Shown here: one piece after another, positions 24,532 through 36,030 of the stretch
Layout: each line of letters starts with the position of its first letter
How positions within the stretch are numbered: the stretch's first letter is position 1
From: Callorhinchus milii
Taxonomy: Eukaryota
Assembly: GCF_018977255.1 (NCBI RefSeq)
Contig: NW_024704743.1
Span: 106,084,001 to 106,148,000 of the forward strand
Reading direction: 5' to 3'
DNA length: 64,000 nt
Program-made: the position numbers and the translations under genes
Notes under the pieces: generated by a model
What the model saw: the letters and a program-made list of their open reading frames with translations, nothing else
Database searches by the model: none
Told to the model about the DNA's origin: nothing

Positions 24532-25644
24532 GTGACTATAACATTGCAATCTGAAATTGAAAAAATGTACCAATGTGTTGGAAGTTCATACTTGGTTTGT
24601 TTTATATTGAAATAATAGTAATCCTTATATTTGGTACAGAGCCTTTCACATCAGGAGGACATCAGGTGAAATGCCATTAAGCTCTCGTCTAAAAATAAAT
24701 GACCATGTTATGAAATATGCTGTGGTTTTTATCGAAATCAAAGACTTGTCGGGAATGCATTTTGTTTCAATAAATAGGGAGGTAACTGATATTTATGTGA
24801 AATTCATATCGACCTTACTTGGTATGTTAATAATCAGCTGGTATTTAAAAGAGAGCAAGAGAGACTGAATTTGCAAAAACAAATAAGGTGAGTGCACATG
24901 ATACTATATTTATGATTTTCATTGAGAAACTAAGGTCAAATGTATAGAGCTGTAATGCAGGGTATCACCAAGGTTGAAAACAATTGGAAAAGGCAAGATA
25001 AAATATGTATAACATGTTATAAATATTGCAGTTCAGGAATTAACCTCAGAGTTTCAGAAGTAAATAAAAGTTATAATAATGTTATAAATACCTGCAAGAA
25101 CATTATTGATCATATTGTAACATATATCTTCAAAATGAAACAAATCAATTTAAATGATCTAATAAACGACCACCAAAATGGGTTCAGAAGGGATAGATCT
25201 TGTCTGACTGGCATTGTAGACAATACATCCTTACTCCTCAGGAGAAATGTCCAAAAATAGTGTTCAAGGTAGTCCTCACACTGTGGTAGGTTTTGCTTGT
25301 TGGTGTGTCAATATGCATCATTTTATTGCAGCGAAAATTGTGTGCACCATGGTAAACTAATAACTAGAAAGAGAAGTACTGCATATAATTTTTGACACCT
25401 TAATATGGAAAGGGTATTTTTTGGGGGAGAATGCATTGTATTTTCACAAGAATAATGCTAGTCTGGTTAGTTTGGGGATGTTATCGCTGGAGTGAAAGAA
25501 GTTAAGGGCTGATTTGATCGAAGTGTTTAGAATTAGAAAATGGTTAAAGAAAATAAGCAGCAAGTGACTCCTTCCCATTGTTTTTCAAGCACCGGTGAGA
25601 GGATAATTTTAGAATTAGGACAAAATTACGATAGGACCTAGGCG

Positions 25645-26320
25645 AGAACATAAAAACATAAGAATTTGTTAGGCAAAGAAGACCAATGTCCAGCCATTTC
25701 ACCTTCCACCATTCTGGCAGTCACTTGACATGCCATGTCCCAAACTGTACACTGAATCCTGAGATATTATTTTCTAGCAGAAATCTATCTAATTTGTTCT
25801 TGAAGGAAATAACACATTCTGCTTCCACAGTCTCCCTAGGGAGCCTGTTCCACATGTTTACTACTCGCTCACAGAAGTGGTATTTCCACAGATTTGTTCT
25901 TAATTTACCCCCATTCAATCACAGGGCATATCTTATGGTTTTACAATTCACTACAAGATAAAACAGTTTATCATGGTCTACATTATCTAGTCTCTTCAGA
26001 ATCTTAAAGATTGTAAACATGTCACCTCTTAACCTTCTCTTCTTCAGGTGAACAAGCCCAGTTTATCTAATCGCTCCTCGTAATCCAGTCCCTCCATTCC
26101 CTCAATCATATTGGTTGCCGTCCTCTGTATCCTCTCGTTCGCTGCAATATGCTTTCTATATTGCAGTGACCAGAACTGCACACAGTGTTCCAAGTGTGGT
26201 CACATCCCCAAGTGATTTATAAAGTGTCAGGATTCCCCCACTATTTTGGATCAATATTGCTCTTTTAATACAACGCAACATTTGGTTTGCCTTACTCATT
26301 GCTACCGAGCACTGTTGCAG
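25645..26320 (-). mobile_element. CR1 LINE 3' fragment
   Basis: Minus ORFs QQCSVAMSKANQMLRCIKR and FCERVVNMWNRLP; similar to 53703-54060. Confidence 0.88.
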
Positions 26321-26666
26321 GGAAGAACATCTTCTCACAGAGAATACTAAGAATCTAGCCTGCCCTGAATCTGGAAACTATAAATGAGAAATGAGTTGAG
26401 GAAATAAAAAGGGAGATGATTGAGCAGTAAAAAAATATTTAGGGAAGATAGGGAGGTGGGATTAGGGGACATTATAGTATATGAGGTTTGGGATATGCTG
26501 TGGTGTAGCAGGCTCCAGTTGCTTCCTGTTCCTAATTTTCCCAGGGCTCGCTCTGCATCTTTATCCTTCTTGACCTCTCTGCTGCCTTCGACACTGTCAA
26601 TTGTATTGTAGTGTATTGTAGTGCCGTCATATTTCAAGATAACATATTGGCTCATGTTTATTTCAG

Positions 26667-26725
26667 GTGGATTCCAGATATCATATCTGGCGTTGTTCAA
26701 CCACAGGTGGAAATCCTGTTTCAAA
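26667..26725 (+). CDS. rp1: Exon 19: PLAT C end (WIPDIISGVVQPQVEILFQ)
   Basis: tatttcag|G TGG...CAAA|gtaaaa; phase 2 to 1; completes the C-E-R-W motif. Confidence 0.82.
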
Positions 26726-27983
26726 GTAAAAATCACTGTAAGTAACTCGAAAAGTTTATCCCTTAAATTATTCAACACCAAATAACACAGATTCATCTAA
26801 CCCATGCTGTTAATACATTTGACTACAGAAAAGTTTGAAGATAACATCATGATAAAAATAATAGCAAGAAGATAATAATGTCCTCCCCCACATAAAAAAG
26901 ATGTTTTTGGAGTGACATCTTTCTCGAATGCCTTCACACATAAACACGTGACAAACCCAAACTAATCTAATTTGACATCAAATTGTACAATGGATTAGTA
27001 TAATGTTCTGTTACATTGGGGCCCTGGGTTTTAATCCATTTTTCATGTACTATTTTGACAGTCTTACTGTGCATTTGTGTTGGTGGAAAAAATATCTCAC
27101 TGCTTCAGTAGTGGATATTTATCAGGTTTTGGCTAATGATGGAGATTCACTCTTCAGATGGCTGTTGTATAACCAAGTTTGGTGCTTAAATTGGAACGCA
27201 TTCCATTTCTCAACATGATGCCTTTTTGATGCCCTTTATTGAACATTAAATAATTACCAAAAGAGGAAAAAGACATAATTGAAAACATTGTAAAATGCAT
27301 GGTGCATAATTATATCATTATACTTGATGGCAATGACAATAACTTGTTTATATTAAAATCACAATTCATTGTTCTGAATTACCGATAAGCAGTGCTTAAG
27401 GTCATCTTTACCCTTCCTACACTCCTTGCCCTCACAACCCCAGTCAATGCCAAGTCAAGATTGTTAAGTGCCTTTCGATGTCCTTCCAATGTGAGAGGTG
27501 CTATGTAAATTTGTATTATATTAAGAAAATTATCAATTGTCACAGTCAAGAAACCCCTATTTAAATAGCAGTAGCATTTATTTAAATGGTTCTAAACTTG
27601 TCAATGTGACAAAACCACAACCATAATGTTTGATGTTTTCATCCAAACCATAACAATTTTATCCATCTTTGCACACTGTAAATAGTCTAGAAGATAACTG
27701 AGGCCTGAATATCTTAAATATCAATTTCAAAATTTTAAGAATTATGGAATTCTTAAATTTGGTCTTAATTTGGAGGCATATTCTTTTTAAAGACCTGTGC
27801 TTAATCAGCTTCTAAATCAAGATGGAATTTAAGAATTTTTACAATTCTGTGTGTAAAACTTTAAGACACAAGCTAAAACTTGATGGAATTTTGAACTAAT
27901 TTTTGTTGTGTGGTTATTAAAGCAGTTCTTCATTATTTACACATGTTCTGTCCCTGCATTCATCTTGATAAATATTCTTGTAG

Positions 27984-28040
27984 TGTCAGGTATTCAGCAA
28001 AATGAAGAGCTTATTGCAGACAAAGTGGAGTCAGATATAG
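27984..28040 (+). CDS. rp1: Exon 20 (probable): 57-nt linker exon (MSGIQQNEELIADKVESDI)
   Basis: ttcttgtag|TG...ATAG|gtatgt; phase 1 to 1. Confidence 0.6.
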   Translation, partial: CQVFSKMKSLLQTKWSQI

Positions 28041-29097
28041 GTATGTATATGTATTTATACGTTGCTTAAGGAAATAATAAAATATAGGTTGGTGATGGCC
28101 AGCCCTAAAACGTTGTGTCATTGTCAATGGCTACTCAAGGAGTTTTTTCCCCAGTCTACTTCAACAGGGGAAAGTAACCTTCATGGGGCCTGAAAATCCA
28201 CCTCATTATCCTGCAAGACTATTTTGTAAGACTATTTTGACTTAAAATGCAAATCATTGCAAAATTGTAGAAAATTATTGAATTGATTGTTAGTTCAAAA
28301 ATTGGTTTTCCACAATCCTTAAAAAGGGCTGTTTTTTAATTAAAGTCTGAATTAAAGAATTTTTCATGAAGTGAAATATTGCAAAACAAAACTGATACGT
28401 TTGCAATTGAAAAGAATGAGGAATTCGCAGAAATCGGAAGGTACCAAAGCTCTTAAATCTTATAAGATTAAGAAATGTTATAAGGAAAAATAGTGCTCTC
28501 CTCCAAATTATTTAGGAACAGGGAAAAGAGCAGGGGATCTGGAGCAGGCCCTTACATAACTCCATTAGTCACTGCTCTAGCCTTTTTTTAAAGAAAAAAA
28601 ATGTTCTTTATTGCTTTGGTCAACTGGGTTTCTGACACATGAAGAAATCCATCAACATGCTTAAGAATATCCAACCCAGTTCGAGAGTTTCACATAAGTA
28701 TACCACCTAGCAAGGTAAATTTCTATCTTTGGATTGGAATGAGTACTCTATCCAGGTAGAAATGTATCCTTTTGCCTAATCCCTGAGAATATTCCCGGGG
28801 GCTGTTGCAGTTTAACCAGCTAACACCACATAGCATTGTTGAGAGCACTGTATAGCAAGCTTCCCACTGCTTGTCCAGCAAGGACCATTCTACCCATCAA
28901 GGCTTTGACTTACAGCGTTAAAGGGAGCCGAGTGGGAAGAAATTCTGGCCCCAGTCTGGTTCTACAAATTCTGACAAATGAGCCCAGTTAGGTAGTCTGT
29001 CCACAACAGTGCCTTGGAATACTGTCTTAAAAAAAAATTATTATACAAAGTAAGGTAACTTATCACATCAACTTGATAAATATTTTTATATTTTCAG

Positions 29098-29130
29098 ACA
29101 TTCCAGAAGGGTCCTTGATTGAGATTAAAG
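29098..29130 (+). CDS. rp1: Exon 21 (probable): 33-nt micro-exon (DIPEGSLIEIK)
   Basis: attttcag|AC...AAAG|gtatat; phase 1 to 1. Confidence 0.6.
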
Positions 29131-29310
29131 GTATATGCACGTTATATATATATGTATTTCATTATTAACGTACAATTTTCTGTTATTCTGTCTGTGGGGA
29201 CCACACTTTGTGACACCAAGTTGAGGAACTGTGGAACTAGGAGAGGCAGTACACGTGTCACAGAGAGAGCGTAATAGGGTACGCAAGCAGGCTGATAATT
29301 GGCTCGCTTG

Positions 29311-31740
29311 AACAACAACAACAACAAAATTACATTTGTATAGCGCCTTTCACGTCGGGAGGACATCCCAAGGCGCTGGACAGACAGCGTTACGGACCCT
29401 AGCTAGGGGATTGGGGTCGGGGAGGGTGGAGGGCAGGGGGGGAAGCAGGGAGATCGAAAGCACGGTCAAAGATGAGGGTCTTGAGGTGGGTCTTGAAGGT
29501 GGCGAGGGAAGGGGATGAGGCAGAGGGACTGCGGGATGGAGTTCCAGAGGGTGGGGGCAGAGTGGCGGAAGGCCCACCCGCACAATAATGGGGCGAGCGA
29601 GGTTGGGGACGTAAAGCAGGCCGGAGCCCACTGAGCGGAGGGAGCAAGCAGGATGGTAGGATGTTAGGAGGCTGCAGAGGTAGGGCGGAGCAAGACCGTG
29701 GAGGGCTTTGAAGGTGAGGACCAGGATCTTGAACTGTATCCTCTATGTAATGGGAAGCCAATGGAGTTGGGCAAGGATGGGGGTAATAGGGTCGGGGAGC
29801 CTAGTGTGGGAGAGGACATGGGCTGCAGAGTTCTGGATGATCTGCAGCCTGTGGAGGGAGGAGTTGGGGAGGCCGATAAGCAATGAGTTTGCATAGTCAA
29901 GCTTCGATGCAATGAAAAACTCTGCCGCCTGCATTCTCATCCGCACCAAACCCTGATCCCCGATCACCCCAGTCCTTGCCAGACTGCTCTGGCTGCCTAT
30001 CCCAGAAAGGATCGATTTCAAGATCCTCACCCTTGTATTCAAGTCCCTGCACTCCTCTGCACCCGCCTACCTCTCTGACCTCCTCTCTCTTCAAAACAGT
30101 ATCCGTTGCCTTCGTTCCTCCGGGTCTGGCGTCCTCCTCATCCCCCAAGTCCTCCACTCCACTCTCGGCAGACGTGCTTTCAGTGACTATGCCCTGAGGC
30201 TCTGGAACTCCCTTCCTCACTCCCTTCGCCTCGCTCCCTCCCTTCCTATTTTCAGGTCTCTGCTGAAAACCTTTCTTTTCAACCGGGTCTTTGGTCACCT
30301 TCCTCCCCCTCCCACTAGCTCAGCCCCGGGATCCATTACTGTAAAGCGCTCTGAGACGCCGTCTGGCATGGAGGACACTATATAAATCCAAGTTGTTGCT
30401 GTTGTTGTTGAAAGCATGTATGAGGGTTTCGGCGGCCTGCGGTATGAGACAGTGGCGAAGCCGGGTGAAGTTGCAGAGGTGGGGGAAGGCAGATTGGGTC
30501 ATGGCGCAGATGTGGGGTAGAAAGGATAGTTGAGGGTCAAACAAGATGCCAAGGTTCCGGACTGGCTTAGTGAGGTGGAGTGAGCATCCATGGATGGTGT
30601 TGCTGTCAGCGCCTGATGTGAGGAGACGCTGATGGGAGCCAGTCAGGAGAACCCTGAACTTGTTAATGTTCAACTGCAGAAAGTTAGCTCTCAGCCAGGA
30701 CTTGATGTCCGACAGACATTCTGTCAGGACAGCAGTGGTCCTGGAGTCAAGGGTGGAGACAGAGAGGTAGATTTGAGTGTCATGTGAAAGTTGACCCCAA
30801 GTCTGCGGATGATGTCACCAAGAGGGAGCATATAGATAATGAAGAGGAGGGGATCAAGGACAGAGCCCTGAGGAACGCTGCAAGAGACGGTGTGGGGGCT
30901 GGAGGAGAAGCCATTTGTGGAGTTGGTGTGAGAGGTACGATCTGAACCAGTCAAGGACAGAACTGTGAAGGTTGAGGTAAGAGGAGAGGCGGTGGATGAG
31001 GATAGAGTGGTCAACGGTGTCGAAAGCAACAGAGAGGTCAAGGAAGACAAAGAGGCAGAGGGAGCCCTGGTCGCAGATGGACAAAATGTCATTTGTCACT
31101 TTGACCAGAGCTGTTTCTGTGCTGTGGGCACCACGGAAACCCGATTGGAGGGGCTCGAGAAGGGAGTGGCAGGAGAGGAAGGAGCAAAGCTGAGAAGCAA
31201 CAACTTGTTCCAGGTTGGAGATGGGGCGGTAGTTAGGGAGTAGAGAAGTGTCCAGGGAGGGTTTTTAAGGATAGGAGTGATGACGGCGCTTTTTAATGGA
31301 GTGGGAACAGTACCAGAGGAGAGGGAGAGGTTTATGATGTCAGTGAATGGAAGGGCAACGAGGTGAAGCTGGGAGGTAAGGAGGGCATAAGGATTGGGTC
31401 GAGGGAGCAGGTAGTCAGTTTCATACCGTTATGGTAGTGATGAGAGAGGAGGGGGAGACAGGTTCAAAGGTGTGGAGGGAGGAGTGGGTAGGGGCCGGGG
31501 TGGGAGGAGGAAATGGGGAGATGCAGATGCAGTGGCAGAGGCAGCTGAGCGGATTCCCTCGACTTTGGATTAGGAAGTCCAGCATCGCCTCGCAGTTGGC
31601 ATTTGAGGTGAGGATGGGTGAGACGTGAGAGGGTGGGTGGAGGAGTCAGTTTGTGATGGAGAAAAGGAGTCTGGGGTTGTCCTTAGCCTCCAAGATTGTC
31701 TTGGAGTAGAACAACGATTTAGCGGAGGCGAGGGCGGAGC
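29311..31740 (-). mobile_element. L2 LINE, 5'-truncated, RT remnant
   Basis: Minus ORFs [44 protein letters not shown]; (CAA)n tail at 29311. Confidence 0.93.
29918..30408 (+). mobile_element. L2 3' fragment inserted in opposite orientation inside the L2 above
   Basis: Close match to 8055-8539; (GTT)n tail; TGAAA at both junctions. Confidence 0.88.
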
Positions 31741-31764
31741 AGATGAACCGTTAGGTTTAATTGA

Positions 31765-32345
31765 AATACATAAATGCAAGGTGCTACATATAGGAAGTAA
31801 GAATAGGAAACACAAGTACACCACAGATGGGATAGAACTTGCCAAGGGCGAAGCTGAAAAAGACCTAGGAATGTTGGTTGACTCGTGGCTCTCCATGTTA
31901 AATCAGTGTAAGTCAGCAATGAATAAAGCAACCAGGATGCTGGACTACATTGCCAAATCAGTTGAGTTCACATCCACGGATCTCTTAATTATGCTGTATG
32001 TACACAGTTTTCCGGGCAGCCTGACTCTCGGGTATTGCATACAAGGCTGGTCATCTCGACATAAGGAGCCTGTCCATGCCCGAGAAACAACGCAGAGGAG
32101 CACAACAACAGTGATTTTCAGTGTGAGAGGAGTGAGCTGCAAGCAACAGTTAGACAAGTTTGAGCTCTTCGATCTTTAGAGACGATGTGTCGAGGGACTT
32201 TATAGAGGTGTGTAACGTTTTAAACAAGATTGAAAAATAAATCCAGAACAGTACTTTCAGACCCACGAAGGTTTTCAACTTCAAGGGAGAATTTCAAGAC
32301 ACATGGCAGGAAGCATTACTTAACAAGCAGGGATCCGGAACAGAT
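31765..32345 (+). mobile_element. CR1 LINE fragment
   Basis: KCKVLHIG...EKDLGMLVD...NKATRMLDYI. Confidence 0.85.
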
Positions 32346-32458
32346 GCTTGTGTAACTCGACTTGTACCTGCCTTCCCAGGCTATTTATATTTCAAAATAA
32401 AGCAACTATATTTCTACTACATAAATTTCAAGATGAATATCTATTCTTGTTTTTTCAG

Positions 32459-32497
32459 ATGGCGAGCAAGAAGAAGAGAAAAAAANTATAGATAAAG
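32459..32497 (+). CDS. rp1: Exon 22 (probable): 39-nt micro-exon (DGEQEEEKKxIDK); contains an N at 32486
   Basis: tttttcag|AT...AAAG|gtataa; phase 1 to 1; purine-rich. Confidence 0.6.
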
Positions 32498-33221
32498 GTA
32501 TAATTTCATTGTTAAAGTGGAATTTGTCTGCTACCCAGTTATCCAACAGAATAAAGTGAACCACTAACCAGAATTCCAGCACCGATTCTCTGACTTCACT
32601 CTTCAGATTGGTGTCAGGAGAGGGGAGGTGGGTCTAACACTGGCCCATTGATATGACAACTATTACAACTAACGACAACTGTTCGTTTCACTATGCCATT
32701 ACAAATCTGATCTCTTTAGTAATCCACTTGGATTTCTTAATGAAATGCTGTACGATTGACCTCCATTAACATCTGCAAGATTTACAGTACTGATTTGTTT
32801 TGGCTTTGATTTACCATGACTATCAGGGTGTAGATATAAGCTTCAACACACAATCAACTAATCTTTCATCAGGCAAAATAAATGGTGTCTGAGTAATGAA
32901 CTAAACTGAAAAAAAGTTATCCTACATTTTATAATAATAACAAAAAGCTTTCGATTTGATATAACCTCTAACACCTCAAAATCCTTTACAGTAGTTACTG
33001 TTGAATATAGTGACTGCATATAAGTAGAGTAGTTGATTTACGCCTAGCAGTGTCACTCTATTCAACATTAAGAGATGAGGTACAAACTTCCATCAGTAAT
33101 TTGAAGCAATGCCAAAGACAATAATTATTTCCATGTCAACCACATTTGTTGAAAGACTGTAATATTAGCTTCTTCTGAATATATAATTACAATATGTACT
33201 TTTTCTCCTTTTACGATGCAG

Positions 33222-33385
33222 ATGAAATATGGGAAGTGACAGTTACCACTGGAGCCTCTGCTGATGCAGGCACTGATGCTGCTGTCATACTCTATGCGTA
33301 TGGGGATAAAGGAACATCGGGTCCAATTATTTTAGGATCAGGAAAGGAGAATCTATTCAAACCGAGTAATATGGATGCATTTAAG
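33222..33385 (+). CDS. rp1: Exon 23: PLAT D start (DEIWEVTVTTGASADAGTDAAVILYAYGDKGTSGPIILGSGKENLFKPSNMDAFK)
   Basis: gatgcag|AT...AAG|gtatac; phase 1 to 0. Confidence 0.93.
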
Positions 33386-33454
33386 GTATACAAGGAAGAC
33401 AAAACAGTGGCTTAGAAATGTCAGAAATTCGTAGCAATAGAAATGTTTCAAAAT

Positions 33455-33725
33455 AATATAATAATAATCCTTGCATTTGATATAGCCCCTTTCACATCAT
33501 TGAGATGTCTCAAAGTGCTTCATAGAATATATTGTGAAGTAAACTGACTGTGTATCTTGTGGGAAAATCGCAGCAAACAATTGCACTCAGAAGTGTCCCA
33601 CAAACAGTCATGGATTGAGTGACCAAATTAAAAAAATTTTAAAAAAAATTTGAGGGATTATTACCCACGGAAAGCAATCTGCCAATCGACTAACAACCCA
33701 GGTTTCTACTTACTGATAGGTAGAA
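33455..33725 (-). mobile_element. tRNA-Ala SINE, 5'-truncated
   Basis: Reverse complement of SINE body and tail. Confidence 0.8.
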
Positions 33726-34119
33726 AGAGTAAATATAGTACAGCACCGACTCATCTATTTCATGTTGTATCTCATATTTGTATTATATATATGTTTCACT
33801 TTCTGTCTGTGTGTCTCTGAAACTATAATATTACTCCAAGTCTAATTTTAATTGGGCTCATTTAAAAGTGGTTGATTTGCTTATCTGTACTTTGAGGTTG
33901 TGTTATCTACCTGAATGCAGATTGTTGATGCTTTTATTGGTGAAGTCAGCAATGCAAGCCTGTGTGCTCGCTCTTATAGACATTGTTTTGACCGACACCT
34001 GCAAGCTTATGCATTCAGATGCCATTTAAACTCATCAGTGTAATGTGCCGGTATTAACAGCTGTTTAAATATTTATGCAGGTAGTTAACTAAATAATATT
34101 TATACAGTATATGATATAG

Positions 34120-34375
34120 TATCCACTGCTCCATCATTGGAGGTCGCGCTTTCAGCCACTGCCCCCCAAAACTCTGGAACACTTTCTCTCAATCCCTCTG
34201 CCTTGCCTTCTCTCTACCCTTTTTCAAGTCATGCCTGAAAACCTTCCTTTTTGACTTTGCTTACGATCACCTTCCCCCCACCCACCCCGGCTCGGAGTCA
34301 GGCTCCACTGCTGTTAAGCCCCCTAGGACACTACTCTATGTGGAGGGCGCTATATGAGCTCAAGTTGATGTTGTA
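34120..34375 (+). mobile_element. L2 3' end
   Basis: GGRAFSH.PKLWNTL remnant and tail; similar to 48399-48680. Confidence 0.75.
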
Positions 34376-35710
34376 GTATCTTTCACATTGGGAGGATGTC
34401 TTAAAGCACAGAATATGTGTGGTATAGTGACAGTATATTTTGGCAGGTAAATTACACTTGTTTAGCGCTTTTCACATTGGGAAGAACTTCCAATAATGCA
34501 ATTCTGAACAAGAATTCACTTGCTCCCCCCCACCCAGCACTTCACTGGAGTGTCATCACAATGTAGCGCTTGAACACACAATCTTGTGACTCAGAGGCGT
34601 GAGTGCTACCGAATGAGCCAAGCTGACACACAGTTTTGTGCACGTGGTAGTTGTTAGACTTTGATTGAGACTGGTTAGATTTTTCAGTATTCTGCTGCCA
34701 TCTCTGCACTTAATGAGTTGCAAAGCTTGCAGCTTCCACGTTTTCTCTTCAGATCCTTAAATATTCATGGATGTATTTTATCTGGTCCTGTAGTTCTATC
34801 GATATTCAGGTCATGCTTGCTATGTAAATAGATACGACTGAGTTGTTATTGAAGATTAGCATATCTTTAAAATGTAAAAGAGTGTTCAGCGATTTTTAGA
34901 GTAGCTAATTTTTTATACTTCTGTCAGAATATGTATATATTGTAGCTTCAAAAAATATATTAGAAATATTCTAAGACATTTTCATGCACCCAAAATGTGG
35001 CAACTAATGTAAATTAATATTTCTAGACATTAATATCTTTCCTTCAGTTGTTTTCTCGGTATACACTTGTTAGAAGCAACTTATTTTAACTAAAGGAATT
35101 CAGCAAACCATAGAAATCATTGCACAGAAGAGGCCATTTAGCCCATCAAATGTAAATATTGACTGCCAGCATTTGCACATTCATTATAAGGTAGTTAAAT
35201 TTGCAGATGACATAAGAGATGGCTGCAAAGAGCCATATAAGATTATAAGATCTTTCTTACAAAGAGAGGGATCTAAGATTCTAAACGCATTTGAGAAAGT
35301 CAACCCAGAAAAATATTATCACCTTTGGCCAAGGTAGCAGAACAAGAGGAGCGCAGGTTTAGAGTTGCAAAGAGCAGTTTCAGGACAGATATCAGAAAAT
35401 ATGTCTTTACCCAGAGGATTGGATTGAACCAGTTTACCAAGGCATACCAGTCAGACAGGAATTCTGAAGGTCAACCCCCCCTTCCGACCCTCTCCTTGCT
35501 CTCCATCCAATCCCTTCAATGTACAGATTCTAACCTGCATGAAGGGCACTAATAAATCAAGTTGTTGTTGCTGTAAAGCTTCTGAATGTTCAATTTCTTA
35601 AAATAATTCAAATCTATTTTGTGTTGCATTTTAAATGAATACCAAGTATTTAACTTATTCCACATTAAAAAAAATTCTAGATCCTACAACATCAGCAACA
35701 GTATATATTT

Positions 35711-36030
35711 GTGGAGTCCTGTAGCTCAGTGGTTAGAGCACTTGCTTTGCAAGTGAGAGACCTGGGTTTGATTCCTGGCAGGGCAAAACCTTGGGCAAGT
35801 TTCATTACTCCACACGTCTGATAATAATCCCTCAAAAACAAAACAATAATAAATTGATCACTTCAATCCACGACTGTTTGTGGGACACTGCTGTGCGCAA
35901 TTGGTTGCCGCGTTTCTCCTACATAATATGCAGTCAATTCACTTTACAGCCTATTCTGCGAAGCGCTTTGGGACATCTAGAAGACATGAAAAGCGCTATA
36001 TCAATTGCAAGGATTATTATTATTATTATT
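35711..36030 (+). mobile_element. Full-length tRNA-Ala SINE with internal deletion
   Basis: GTGGAGTCCTGTAGCTCAGTGGTTAGAGC head; (ATT)n tail. Confidence 0.88.

Noticed and set aside
31625..32179. 184-aa ORF as a chimeric gene
   Set aside because: Chance join of antisense L2 and a CR1 fragment; no splice support
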